From: Octopus sinensis
Taxonomy: Eukaryota
NCBI RefSeq assembly: GCF_006345805.1
Contig: NW_021833065.1
Coordinates: 496,001 to 560,000, forward strand
Reading direction: 5' to 3'
Length of the DNA stretch: 64,000 nucleotides
Shown here piece after piece: positions 1-12,700 of the stretch (within the stretch, counting starts at the first letter, position 1; each line of letters begins with the position of its first letter). The notes below the pieces were generated by a model. It worked only from the letters and a program-made list of their open reading frames with translations, did no database searches and was not told the DNA's origin. A program made the position numbers and the translations under genes.

Positions 1-152
1 CTCAGTACTCAACAGGTACTTATTTCATCGACCCCGAAAGGATGAAGGGCAAAGTCAACCCTGGCGGATTTTGAACTCAGAATTTAGTGACAGGCGAAAT
101 ACTGCTAAGCATTCCGTCCAGCATGCTAACAGCTTTGCCAGCTTGCAGCCTT
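1..152 (-). mobile_element. tRNA-derived SINE, family A (GGCGGCGAGCTGGCAGAA head)
   Basis: Reverse complement of the head, B-box-like GAGTTCAAA and GCCTTTCATCCTTTCGGGGTCGAT core. Confidence 0.9.
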
Positions 153-353
153 AGCAAAGTTATCTCTCATATTTACCAGAGTAATAAAAACATTAGCCAT
201 TGATCAATAATTTGTTTGCATCACTGCCTAATTATTTTTAGCTGGCTTTTTAATGATCCCTGTGTTGAATATATTACTCCTAACTTAATGATTGTTTTTC
301 TTACAGAATTGTTTCTCTCAGTAAAAAATAACAATAACTATATATGACATTAA

Positions 354-553
354 CCCTTTCGTTACTGTATTTATTTTGAGATGCTCTGTATTTCTTTCAA
401 TTACTTTAAATATAACAAAGAATTTAGTAAAATAACTGAGTTATCATTCAGCTAATGTTAGGAACATAAATTGTGACTAAGGTTTGGTGGAAGATTTTAA
501 TTCAAAACTTATGAAAACAAGACATTTGTACTCAGAGCCAGGTAATGAAAGGG
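354..553. mobile_element. piggyBac-like MITE
   Basis: TTAA at 350-353 and 554-557; TIR CCCTTTCGTTAC / GTAATGAAAGGG (11 of 12). Confidence 0.85.
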
Positions 554-621
554 TTAAGGAGATGATATAGAAAAGCAAAAATTGTATTTATTACTGAGAA
601 AGTCAACAAATAAAAACTCAC

Positions 622-736
622 CTCAGTGATCCAACTGTGGCAGATGGATTAAAAACTATTTCAGCTCCATTTACACCATACATCATCCAATTCTGAGGGT
701 GGTGGCGACCATAGCAAATATTCACAGCAATTTTAC
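622..736 (-). CDS. UPB1: UPB1 exon 8 (115 nt)
   Basis: (G)[37 protein letters not shown] + ag; AAG acceptor, GTGAG donor; catalytic Cys. Confidence 0.95.
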
Positions 737-3700
737 CTTACAATCCCAAAACAAAAAAAGGCTATAAATATTATATTTATAGTGGTATGATAAAATACAA
801 TGAGACTACAATGTAAAGCAGTAGCTGATAGGAGTGGCATTCAACCATAAAACCATGCAATAAAGAAACATGATACATAACAACTTGGTGGACTACACCA
901 GGTAGGAAGACTTGCCTAACAGATACCAGGGGCAAAATGTTGATATATGAAGGACAGAGGTTTATCACAGTTTTGTAGTAGCAGATCACAGGGGAGGTAC
1001 TAGAAATATGCTTTGAAGTAGTATATGTAAGGCAAATAAAAAAATATCTCACTTGTCAATGTTACAATGTTCCCGCTGCGTCCATTACAATATGAACAGT
1101 ACAAAATAGATCTTAGCAGGATTTATACCTAATGCCAACCACTTCCACTATGAAATAGAAGTGCTATATATTTTTAGATGGGTTGATTTAAGATAACGAG
1201 CTGTTTTACCTATGAATAAAGCATAATGCTACTTGCAAAGTATAAAGGGCTTTGAACCTATAGTAGGTGAAGGTCACTTTTCACATTATTTTAAGGCAGT
1301 GCTGGTAAGCTAAATAGATAGGGCTCACAGTAGGAATGGAGCTAGCTGTGAACCATGTAACTAGTTTCTTTTGTAGTCAATTTGATATTTATTATAGAAA
1401 CTTATGAGAGGTGGACAGCATTCAAACTAGTTACAATACAGATTGTAAAAACATAAAAATTGATTGCTCTAGTTTAAAACTAGGAAAAACAAACAGAATC
1501 TATATTGATAAACCCATCACTTATAACTTAATTATAAGTGTTATCTCTATACATAAGTCCCAACTCAAGCTACATAAAAGCCGTAGTGAAATATATATAT
1601 ATATATAACAAGACGCTTAACGGACATGTAGAATATGCATGTGTGTTGAAGCTAAGTTTGTGTTCTTTTTTACCGCCATAAAAACCATTTCATAATTGCA
1701 GAAATAAAAGTGAAAGAAGTGAAGAAAAAGAAAATATTTAATACATTGGTATATTTATGTACATTTAATATTTACAGTACATTTAGAAGTAAGGCAATTT
1801 GTCATAGAGAGTCACGACCAACGAACACTAGCATAAGTGTCGTGAAGTCTAGTGATAACCAAAAATCACTAGTGTGAGTGTGGCGGAGTTTAGTAAAAAC
1901 CAACGATCACTGATTAATTTCCCCAAAATCAGAGTTTTTTTAACTGCTCATACCTGAATTCTAAGAACCATATTTCGTGAAAGAATTCTCTTTGACAAAA
2001 GTTTAGAATTCAAATATGGGCAGTAATTTTAACCAATGGGAAACCAACAATTATACTTGTTCAGGCAACATGGCCATTACATCATATTACCACCTTTTAC
2101 GACTTGCTTGCTGCTCACTACATCACAATAAAATACTTGTCATTATTACAATTCTGTTGCTACCTATGGTGAACCATTCAATTGTAAAAAATTTTCTTTC
2201 TCAGTACTTAACACTTTTGGCTGAACTACAAAGACAGTAAAAGTTAATAACTCACCCCATTTTGTCTCAAACACTCTATGTCCAGTATTGCCTTCCATAT
2301 AATAAGTAGACTGAAAATAATAATAACAATTATTATATAAAATTCAAAGCAACTACAATATTGTCTCTGGTTGAAGAATATTGTAGAATAATCTAAACAA
2401 AAGTTTAACATGCAAAATGGAAGGAGCAAGTAATTATCATCAGTCATTTAACGTGTTCTTCATGCTGGTATGGGTTGGACAGTTAACAGGAGTTGGCCAG
2501 CTGGAGAGTTGCCTGGGCTCCATTTGTCTGCTTTGGCAAGTGTCCTATGGCTGGATGCCCTTCCTAACACCAACCACTTTACTGAGTGTACTGGGTGCTT
2601 TTAATGTGGCACTGGCAAGGGCATTTTTATTTGACACCAGCATGGGCACTTTTATGTAGCACCAGCATGAGAGCATTTGTGTAGCACCAGCACAGCTGCT
2701 TTTATGTGGTACCAGCACCCATGAATCCACAAGACTAGGACCTCTCAGCTAAGAGAGGGATTAGAGGACATACACCTTACTAATTTCTTTTTTTCCATCT
2801 AACAGGAACTTGAAATTAGTTGTTTTTTTTACTAATTATAACATAATAGAATGATTTAAGTATATAAATTTAAAATTACTTAATAATCAGTTGTTTTATT
2901 TATCTCTTATTTTTGCATTAGTGATGTAGATTCTGCATGTTATATAAATAAACAACAAATAAATAATACCTCATTGAAATCCCCAACTCTGGGGATATGG
3001 TTCTTACGTGTGATTCCAATAATATTGCCACTGTTTGAAATGATCACTAAAGTAATAAAAAAACAAAACAAATTTAATCAATAAAAGATACATGTAAAAC
3101 AAAAGCAATACACAAGAGGTAAGGTATGTTTTGAAATGAAGCATATAGTTTTCCAACTTATCTATCTTATCATCACACTCACTTCCAACAACCTTCTCTC
3201 CAATACCTTGACTCTCTCTCCCTTATGATAACTGGTATGGCGTTTTTGAAGCTAGATCTACAGAAGACCTACTCTCCTATGTTACTCAGCTGTGAGTCTT
3301 CACCCTCAAGAAATTTCAAAAGATTGTTGTATCAACATCACCAATGCATTGACAGTATCAAAAGGTTGCTTCTATCTCAGGTCTTGGATCTGGTTTTCTG
3401 TCAGATTGCATCATTATGGCATGTGCTTTAATTAACCCACACTGTCAACCTTAGTGTGTCCAGGTTTGTCTTTCTTTTCTCATTATACTCTTCCTCATAT
3501 ACATCAAAAAACTACATGCCCTCCACCAACAATACACACCCCTTTATAGATGGAAGTACCCTTCATTCCTCTCTAATTTTCTGCACTCAAATGTCATCTG
3601 CAGGCATCATATCTCACCCTAAGCATTCACCAATTCTATGAAGAGAGACCTTGAAAACATCCTCCAATAGGGTCATTCCAATTGTGACTTTTTCAAAAGC

Positions 3701-6700
3701 ACAGTGACACAATTACTACCCATATTAAGAAAATGCTATTCTCCTCTTTAAATATGAACAACATGCAACTAGATTTTGTTGTATGTAAAGTGGCCCCAAG
3801 AAACACATATTAATCATAGATGTGTAAGCCTTTAAAGGAATTGCTTCATATAGCTACTTGTTGTGCATAGTTATTTACATTGCCCTGGTTCTGATGAATA
3901 AAATATGCAAAAAGAACTGTAAACTACAATAAATGAAACACATCATTTGATGGCTGGGAACCAGGAACTTTGCTCAATGGAATTCATAAAAATTAATTTA
4001 TTCTGACTAGGCACAAGTTCAGTGTTTTGTAGGGAATCGGTTGTAATTAATATTTGCAAAATTCAAAGTAAATGTATAAGAAATATAGGTAAATTACAAT
4101 GAATGTATAATAAATATAATTCAACCATAGATATTATGCAGAATAAATTATAAAGATCACAGAATGGGAAAATATATTTTATACTTGCTGATAAAACCTA
4201 AAAGTAATGTTTCATGTAAAAGACTTCAATGATTTGGCATCAACTATGCATAAAAAAAGTGGGAAGTATGTTAATAAACTATGTTGTAGAAAGTTCTGAC
4301 TAGTAAAGCTGTAGCTACAAATGTTGACTTATCTTTATAATGATTTTAATGCATAGCTGTAATTGAAGTCACCACCAATGAGCTGGTCATGGTAATAGCT
4401 TAGCACATAGTTATAACTGAAGTAGTTGACGCTGTTGAGCTGGTCACAATTGGTAAAAGCTAGTTATTGCAGTGGTTACTGTGTAGCTGTCCTACTGTTA
4501 TCATTGCAACTATCACTACTACTCTTCTAACTGGCAGCTGACTTGGCAGAAACCCATAAAATTATTAACCATCTTACTAACAATAACTCTGAGCACCTTT
4601 TCAAACTCCACCTGTCTAACACCCGAGGACATGTTTACAAAGTCAGAAAACAGCACAGCTCCCATGACTTTCGGAAACATTTTTTCACACTAAGAGTTGC
4701 TGAAGCATGGAACAGACTGCCGGCATCAGTTGTTAGTTGTCAGAGCACTGCATCCTTCAAAACTTCCATGCTTCCGAAGATTCGCCAACATTACACCTGA
4801 TTTTCTCCCCTCCATACACACGCAAGCATGTATCTGACTCATACACTGTTCACTTTCCAGACATTTGTACATTACTACATATGCTTTATACGCACTTTTG
4901 ACAAGTTGTGGTGCACCTGAGCACTGTATACAATAATTTCATTATTATTATTATAAACTGATGTTAAACACTGATTGCTTGTTAGAAATGGTTGACAGAG
5001 TGTTGCTGTTTCTTTTGATATTGCCATAAGCTGTTACTGTCAGCGAATAAGCATGCTCACATGGTTAATCACTGACAATAGTGGCAGTAAATCAAATCTG
5101 TGGGTGGGAGTTTATCTTACTGGCACATCTCTAATGTAATCTCACTTTATCAAGGGATATTTACCACAAATGAAATGAATATAGAAGTATTCAAACATGA
5201 GAACATACCACAAGTATTAGCAAGGATATCGCCATGAACCTCATCTCTCTCCAATATTGGTGAGATAATCACCATGTTGAACATCTTAGCCATCTGAAAG
5301 ACATTGAAACATTAAAAAACCGTGTAAATAAATACGAGAACATTTCTATTTCAATAAGCTTTATAATAGTAACATTTCAGATTAAAATCGATGTAAATAA
5401 AAACATTACCTATTTCTTTATTACCCACAAGGGGCTAAACATAGAGGGGACAAACAAGGACAGACTTACGTATTAATTCGATTACATCAACCCCAGTGCG
5501 TAACTGGTACTTATTTAATCGACCCCGAAAGGATGAAAGGCAAAGTCGACCTCGGCGGAATTTGAACTCAGAACGTAGCGGCAGATGAAATACTGCTAAG
5601 CATTTCGTCTGGCGTGCTAACGATTCTGCCAGCTTGCCGCCCTTAAACTAAAATAAAAACATTACCATTAGCACTGACGACTGGGTGTTTAGAATTGTAT
5701 TATGATACATTCTTGATAATTTTATGCTCACCATTCCACCCTCTCCAGTTCTTCCTTTAACCATAACTAAGTGAGCCAATGAGAATCTTCTGTTCATTTG
5801 ATCTACTATAAACAAAAGTCAAATTTCTTTCAATTCACACCCTATGGTCTTAACAGAAGGACATATTAGATACTGTAGTCATGAATGAACAAAATAGACT
5901 GGATGGTTATGGCTGGAACTTCTTTCATCATTTGGTGTTTAAGCCGGCCATATCCGGCCCAAATATCCTACATGTTTTTACATTCAAACTGGCCATATTT
6001 AGCCCCTCACACCTAACCTACATTGACATTCTAAGAATAAACTATCATACCATTGAAACTTCAAAGCTATAAGATAATGTATGATTAATTCAAAACGATT
6101 TGAGTGAAAAAAGTCTTACATTTAACAGAGTAATCTGAACACGAAAGGGTTAAACAACATCAATCTTGAAAAGTAAGAAATAGTTTTCTTTCAATGCTAG
6201 AATATGAATTAACAGACAATGTATCTTAAGTTTAAACTAGCTTCAAACATTTCACTGGGACAGAACACTATATTTTCGTTGTATCAATCAACTTAGCTGT
6301 TAAGAAAACTATCAAACCTTCTTGGGAGTGTCGGGGGAGAACGATAGAGATCTGTTTTATCTACTTTTGTGATACAGCATTGCAAATTCCTAATAATCTA
6401 AGAAATAAACAAATTAAGCAGCAAAATAGTGAAAGATAAATCACTATTATGTTTATCCTCTTTTAGGAAGAAATACTACCAGTAATATTTATATATATAT
6501 AAAACTGTAGTTGTGTGAGTGTCTGTCCCCTTCGATTTAGATTCCTTACTCCCACATTTTGCGGTGCAGTTTAACCAAAACCGGGTATCTTATAGTCGTG
6601 ATTCATATCAAGCGCTTCTGGGTATTAGCGCGCGTCTACGATGAGTCTACGATTTAAAAAATAATTTACCATCATTTTTTCCATTTTAACGCATATTTTT

Positions 6701-9700
6701 TTAAATATAAGGGAAGTAACTCTCTAAAAATGTCTACGATGAGTCAACGATTTAAAAAAAAATTTACTATAATTTTTTCCCCATTTTTAATGCATTTTTT
6801 TGCTATTTTTTGGCTATAACTCTCTAAAAATGCCTATATAGTTATTTCCCTTACAAACCCGAGCAACACCGGGCGATACTGCTAGTTTATATATAATTTT
6901 CAAGATCTCCAGACCCTATCACTAAAGTCTGAAATATTTTCCTTGTCACACATCTTCAAAATACTTTGTTTCTCTATCACCTCAATAATGAACTATTGAC
7001 TCAATGTCAATAATTAATTATTGGGGTTATAGAGAAATAAGACATTAATGAATAATTTATTTTCTATCTATGTATTTTGGGTCATCGCAATTCTCAATAG
7101 TTTATATGTCTTTCTGCAGTTTAAAAAAATAAAACTGAAGTAAACCATCTTACACATGAAAGTATGGATAATTGAATACAAAATAGATATATGCATACAC
7201 TTGGATATTTTTATATAATCATTTTTTTTTATTTGATTAAAAAAAAAATATCAATAAAGATCAAATTTAATACACATTTAATATTCAAACTGAGTGGTAG
7301 AGACTGATATTATTGAAACCAATCTGTACCTGACCTTGTTCATGTTACTTTTTGCTCTCATTGTAGCTTCTATAAATCATTAAAGAAGCTAGGTTTTTCT
7401 TTGTATTATCATTTTTATAACACAACCCATTTAATTCAGTTGGTTTTATTATGAATGTCAAAAGGTTAGTTAGAGTTTCAAGCTTAATCTTTATCCAAAA
7501 TAAATAGTTATATAAGAGATATCATTTAATATGATAATGACAGCTGACTGGAACTTGAAAATTCCTGCCAGTTTTAAGAAACAAAGATAAGAATGATATT
7601 GTGATAAATTATATTTCTACAAACATCATTAGAAAATTAATCTCTAAAAACAGCTGTTGTTCATATAGGTTTTTACCTGTACCAACAACACTGACTTACT
7701 ACCTTATGGATGTGATAGCTTTTAAGAGAAAATCTTTGAAAATAATCACCTGTTGCAACAGCTTGGTTGTAGGTCCAGTTGTAGCATTCTCAGCAAATTC
7801 AGACCATGGATACTTTTCTCGAGTACAGAAGGCAAATGGCATATCTAATCAAAACCAAATAAATAATCTGTTCAGTTTTTAGAATAATGTATGTGAAAAT
7901 AATCAAATTTTCGAAATGCTTTTTAAAAATAGTTTACAACACAATTATAATTACATTTGTAATTGTTTGATTTCAGTTACAAGACTATCGCTTTTAGCGG
8001 GGGATATGAATATCAGAACTTTTGTTTCTGTCAGCTGACATCCAAAGATCTGATAGAAACCAATGAATCCTATTGATGGATACTGATGAAAATGTATTAC
8101 ATGTGTGTGGAAATAATTCCTCATACAGTTGAGATTTTAACAGTTTCTTGTGCATTAAACAGCTTTTATCTTAGTTATCTGCAAGAGAAAGGTGAATTTC
8201 TCTTGGTTTTGAATAGATAAAAAAGGAATAAGAATGTATGATGTTTATGCATTTTTGAAAAGCATTAGCAGTTTAAGTTAGGTGAAATGGTTCCAGCTTG
8301 GCCAAAACCAAGTATTAATATTATTTAGAATAAAAATAATTTGGAGGGAGAGAGAGAGAGAGATGAGGAAATGGAATTTCAATTATGAGACAAAAGTTTT
8401 GTTTAATTACTGAGAAATTAAATGGAAAGTAAATATGACTAAAAATTTAGTCCTCAAATGGTTAAAGTAGTTTTTTCATGATGTAATTGCTTCAGTTTTA
8501 ATACACACTCTCAGATCAAGTCATTTGCCAAACAAGTACAACTATGGTGAAGTAGTCGTCCTCCTCAGCTGTTTTATGCTCTGCACCCATGTTATAGTGA
8601 TTCTCCCTACCTCCTTTATGCATTACACCTGCCTCCCCACCTCTGCTTCCCTCAGACTACCCAACCATGTCATCTCTCTCTCTCTCTTGTCCTCCCTCAT
8701 GGCAACTTTATCATCTTTACTACTTCTGCTGCTCAATTCACCACTCTTTTTTGTATCCCTCTATCATCCCCAGTCCATGGTCCTTTGTTTGCTCACCCTT
8801 CAATCCTACCCATTTTGGCAGTTTGCCTCTCTATCTCCTCATTCTGCTTTCCATACAATCCTGTAAACCATCAACTCAACCGCCCACCTACCCTCTTCTG
8901 CTCAGTTTGTGCCTTGTGGGGTCATGCTGATCTTTTTCTCTCTGCCCCTTTCCCATGAGATATGAATAGCCATGCAGATCCCTCTACAAGAACCTGCCCT
9001 ATAACACCATCTTATCATAGTAATTCCCTTGTCCTCTAGCTTGAAGCTGTCACCTTCCCTCTCCCAGGGTCTGTAGTCCTTGCGATCTCAATAGTGTAAG
9101 TGGCATGCAAAAAAGCACCCAGTCCATGCTGTAAAGTGATTGGTGTTAGGAAGTGCATTCAGTCACAGAAACCATGCCAAAGCAGACATTAGAGCACAAT
9201 GCAGTCCTTATACACATCAGATCCTGTCAAACAGTCCAACCCCCGCCAGCATGGAACATGGATGTTAAATGATGATGATGTTGATGATGAAGATTAAATA
9301 TTAATAAAATAGCTAACTCACGCCATGCTTCTTGAAGACACAGAATATTGACACCACATAGAGAGGCAGCCTTGATAATGTTACATATTCTATTGTGAAT
9401 AGCATCACGCTAGGTTTGAAAATAAAATTTTGAAAATCATTTACTATAATGACAAGTTAAAAGAAATTTTATTTGTACATTTACTAAAACCAACAAATTG
9501 CCTTTAATTACATAACTAATATTTACAGGAACTAGCAGTACCTATGGAAATTCCAGTTATTTTGAAACTGTAAGATGGTTGAAAATTTATACAAGAACAT
9601 GAAATATATAATTTCTTTTGAAATTGTGTTATTTTAAACAGCTGGAAGTAGTTTGAAACATTAGTAATACTTCTACTTGGTATAAAACTAAATTGCATCC

Positions 9701-12700
9701 ATGTTAATTCTCTTCCTAATCAAATATGCTATAATTCTTTCTCTCATCTTCATAAGCTGACCCAATAGTTTAAAACCTCTGTAATTTCCCTATTAAGTAC
9801 ACTGTTATGTTTGTCATTAGATATGACACCATCTTAAACTACCTGGTCTACTATGAAGGTGATCATCCCAAATCTTATTCTGACAGTTTAAATATTTTAG
9901 TAGCAATTCCTTATGGACCAGGTGCCTCCCTGTTCCTCATATTCTTAATTGCTTTATCTACCATACTATTGTCATCTTGGCTGGTCCTTTTATTGGATCT
10001 TGTGTCTTAGAGCACTGACAAACTCCTCACTCTCTCTACATATATTATTATATATTATTATTGCATATATACTGAGTTCTTTTCGAGTGTTGGTCTTCAA
10101 GGAGGCATTGACTGAGACCTTTGGCATTAAGTTGTGCTTGAGAAGAAGACCCATCAAGCCGAACAAAATTGCAGTTGTAGCAGATATTGGTGTCACGTAA
10201 AAGCACCCCATCGTCATGCAAATGGCACCCTTGCTGGTGGCATATAAAAGCACCCATTATACTTGTGGAGTGGTTGGCATTAGGAAGGGGATTCAATAGT
10301 AGAAAACCATGCCAAATCAGACTGGAGTCTGGTGCAGCCTTCCACTGTGCCAGCCCGGTCAAATCGTCCAACCCATGCCCAGCATGGACAATGGACATTA
10401 AATAATGATGATGATGATATATATCTATATATAAGGCGGCGAGCTGGCAGAAACGTTAGCACGCCGGGCGAACTGCTTAGGGGTATTTTGTCCGCCACTG
10501 CTTTCTGAGTTCAAATTCCGCCAAGGTCAACTTTGCCTTTCATCCTTTTGGGGTCGATAAATTAAGTACCAGTTACACACTGGGATCGATGGAATCAACT
10601 TAATCCGTTTGTCTGTCCTTGTTTGTCCCCTCTGAGTTTAACCCCTCGTGGGTAGTAAAGAAATAGATATATATCTATATATAAAATGCAAAGGAATAGG
10701 GATTTTTAATCCAAGCAGATACCTTACAAGCACTCTGATAAAATTCACACTTGGTTAATCACATCAAAGGATAGGAAACATTTAGAATAAACAATTGCAC
10801 TCCCTTCAGTCAGAAAATCCTGAGCTCACTTTAATGGATTTCAAGTAGAATACAGAGCATATTATCAAGACATAATATTGAAGAATGAAGATTTAATCAT
10901 CTTTAAAATTTATTTATTAAAAAGCATTCTGACATGTGTTTCTTCTGAATAAGTGAATAAATTGACTAAATGCACAAAAGTATTATATCAAAGTGGAAAT
11001 GATTATTGTTGATTCGGATAGCTGATCCCTCAATTGGGTCTACATTAAGCAGACTCTTCTCTTTCATTACATTCTCTACATTTCGCAGCCTTTCATAATG
11101 GCAGATACTGGTGTCATGCAACTGGCACCTGTGCCGGTGGCATGTAAAAGTACCCATTACACTCCCAGAGCGATTGATATTAGGAAGGGTATTCAGCCGT
11201 AGAAACCATGCCAAATCAGACTGGAGTCTGGTGCAGCACCTCAGAGTCAAACCGTCCAACCTATGCCAGCATAGACAACAGATGTTAAACGATGATGATA
11301 ATTATATGTTTTTTATTGCCAAAATGTTTCCATATCGTTTCATAAGGCCTTTTGTTGATAATATACTTAATTAATGTTTTTTAGTTCCTACTGTTTGCTC
11401 TGAATACTTATTCTATGACACATACCATATACACATGTATCTATGTATCTATGTATGCTTGTGCAAGTGTGCATGCTTGCGAGTACATTCTTGCTTATGT
11501 GTATAAGTACATAATTATATCTGCCTGCTTCCTTTCTCAGTGGTGATAAAATATGATACAATATGTTTAAACCAAGAACAAATAAAATCAATGTAGTTGA
11601 CCAAAGAAAGTACTGAAACGTTGACAAAACTATCTTTTTATATACACTTGGAAATTCTTTAGAAAACATCCATGATAAATCAACAGTAGGGTTTAAGACA
11701 CTTCAATGAGTCTACTACTTCAGTGAACAAAAAAACCCCAACTTTTTATAAATATTAAGTGCTAGTTTGATTTTAGGGGGAAAAGGATAAGTAATAGCAA
11801 TGTAGTGAGGAGCCTAAATTGACCCGAATGTATGAATTTATATACTCACTTGTGCAGTGATTGAAGCAGAGGTACTCTCTATAATTTGATTTTGGATAGC
11901 TCCAATACGGACAAGGCGCTGAGGTCGGATATCTTCTACTTTAGCATCAAATGTATAGCCCTTAATTTCAAAATTCTTTTCTTTTGCAAATTCTTCAGCT
12001 TCAACTGGAATTGCCAATTTTCTGAAATAAAACGAAATTTTACAGATTCTATCACAAACAAATATATATTAATATTTATAACTATATATATGAAGAACAT
12101 TGCAGTTTGCTTGAAGCATTGTGATACAAAGGACTATAAACTATTCATCAGGCTTATTTGTTCCACCAAATCCAACTTAGGGCATGCCATTAAAAACATT
12201 TTACATTGTGTTATCTGAATAGTGAGGGACCAACTAAAACTTGTCACTTTATTTTGAACAAGTTGACATTACCAATTCACTTGTTTCCCTGCTTTTTTAC
12301 ATTACTAAAGCTTAACATTTTGCCAGGAAACTGGCACCTTTCTCTAGCTTGGACATAGATGCTGTATTAATGGCATGAAAAAACCCCTACATCCTCTAAT
12401 AATGAACTATGCGGGCGAAACAATTATTTTAGGTGCAGGCATGGCTGTGAGGTAAGAAGCTTGCTCCCAACCACATGGTTCCAGGCTCAGTCCTACTGCA
12501 CGGCATTTTGTGCAAATGTCTTCCACTGACCAAGACCATAAAAAAACCCCCAACAATTTGTTTTTATTTGTTTATTTGCTGATGTGGACATTTCAATTGA
12601 GAAGATGGGTAGGTGAAGAGTTTGTACTTAATCGAAAGACTTGAACAAACCTTGCGGCCCATCGAACTGTTCTTCCCGATTTGGTGTGCCAGGGTTGTGC

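Noticed and set aside
4300-4530. Thr/Ser-rich mucin-like coding stretch
   Set aside because: Stops in all frames; low-complexity intronic DNA
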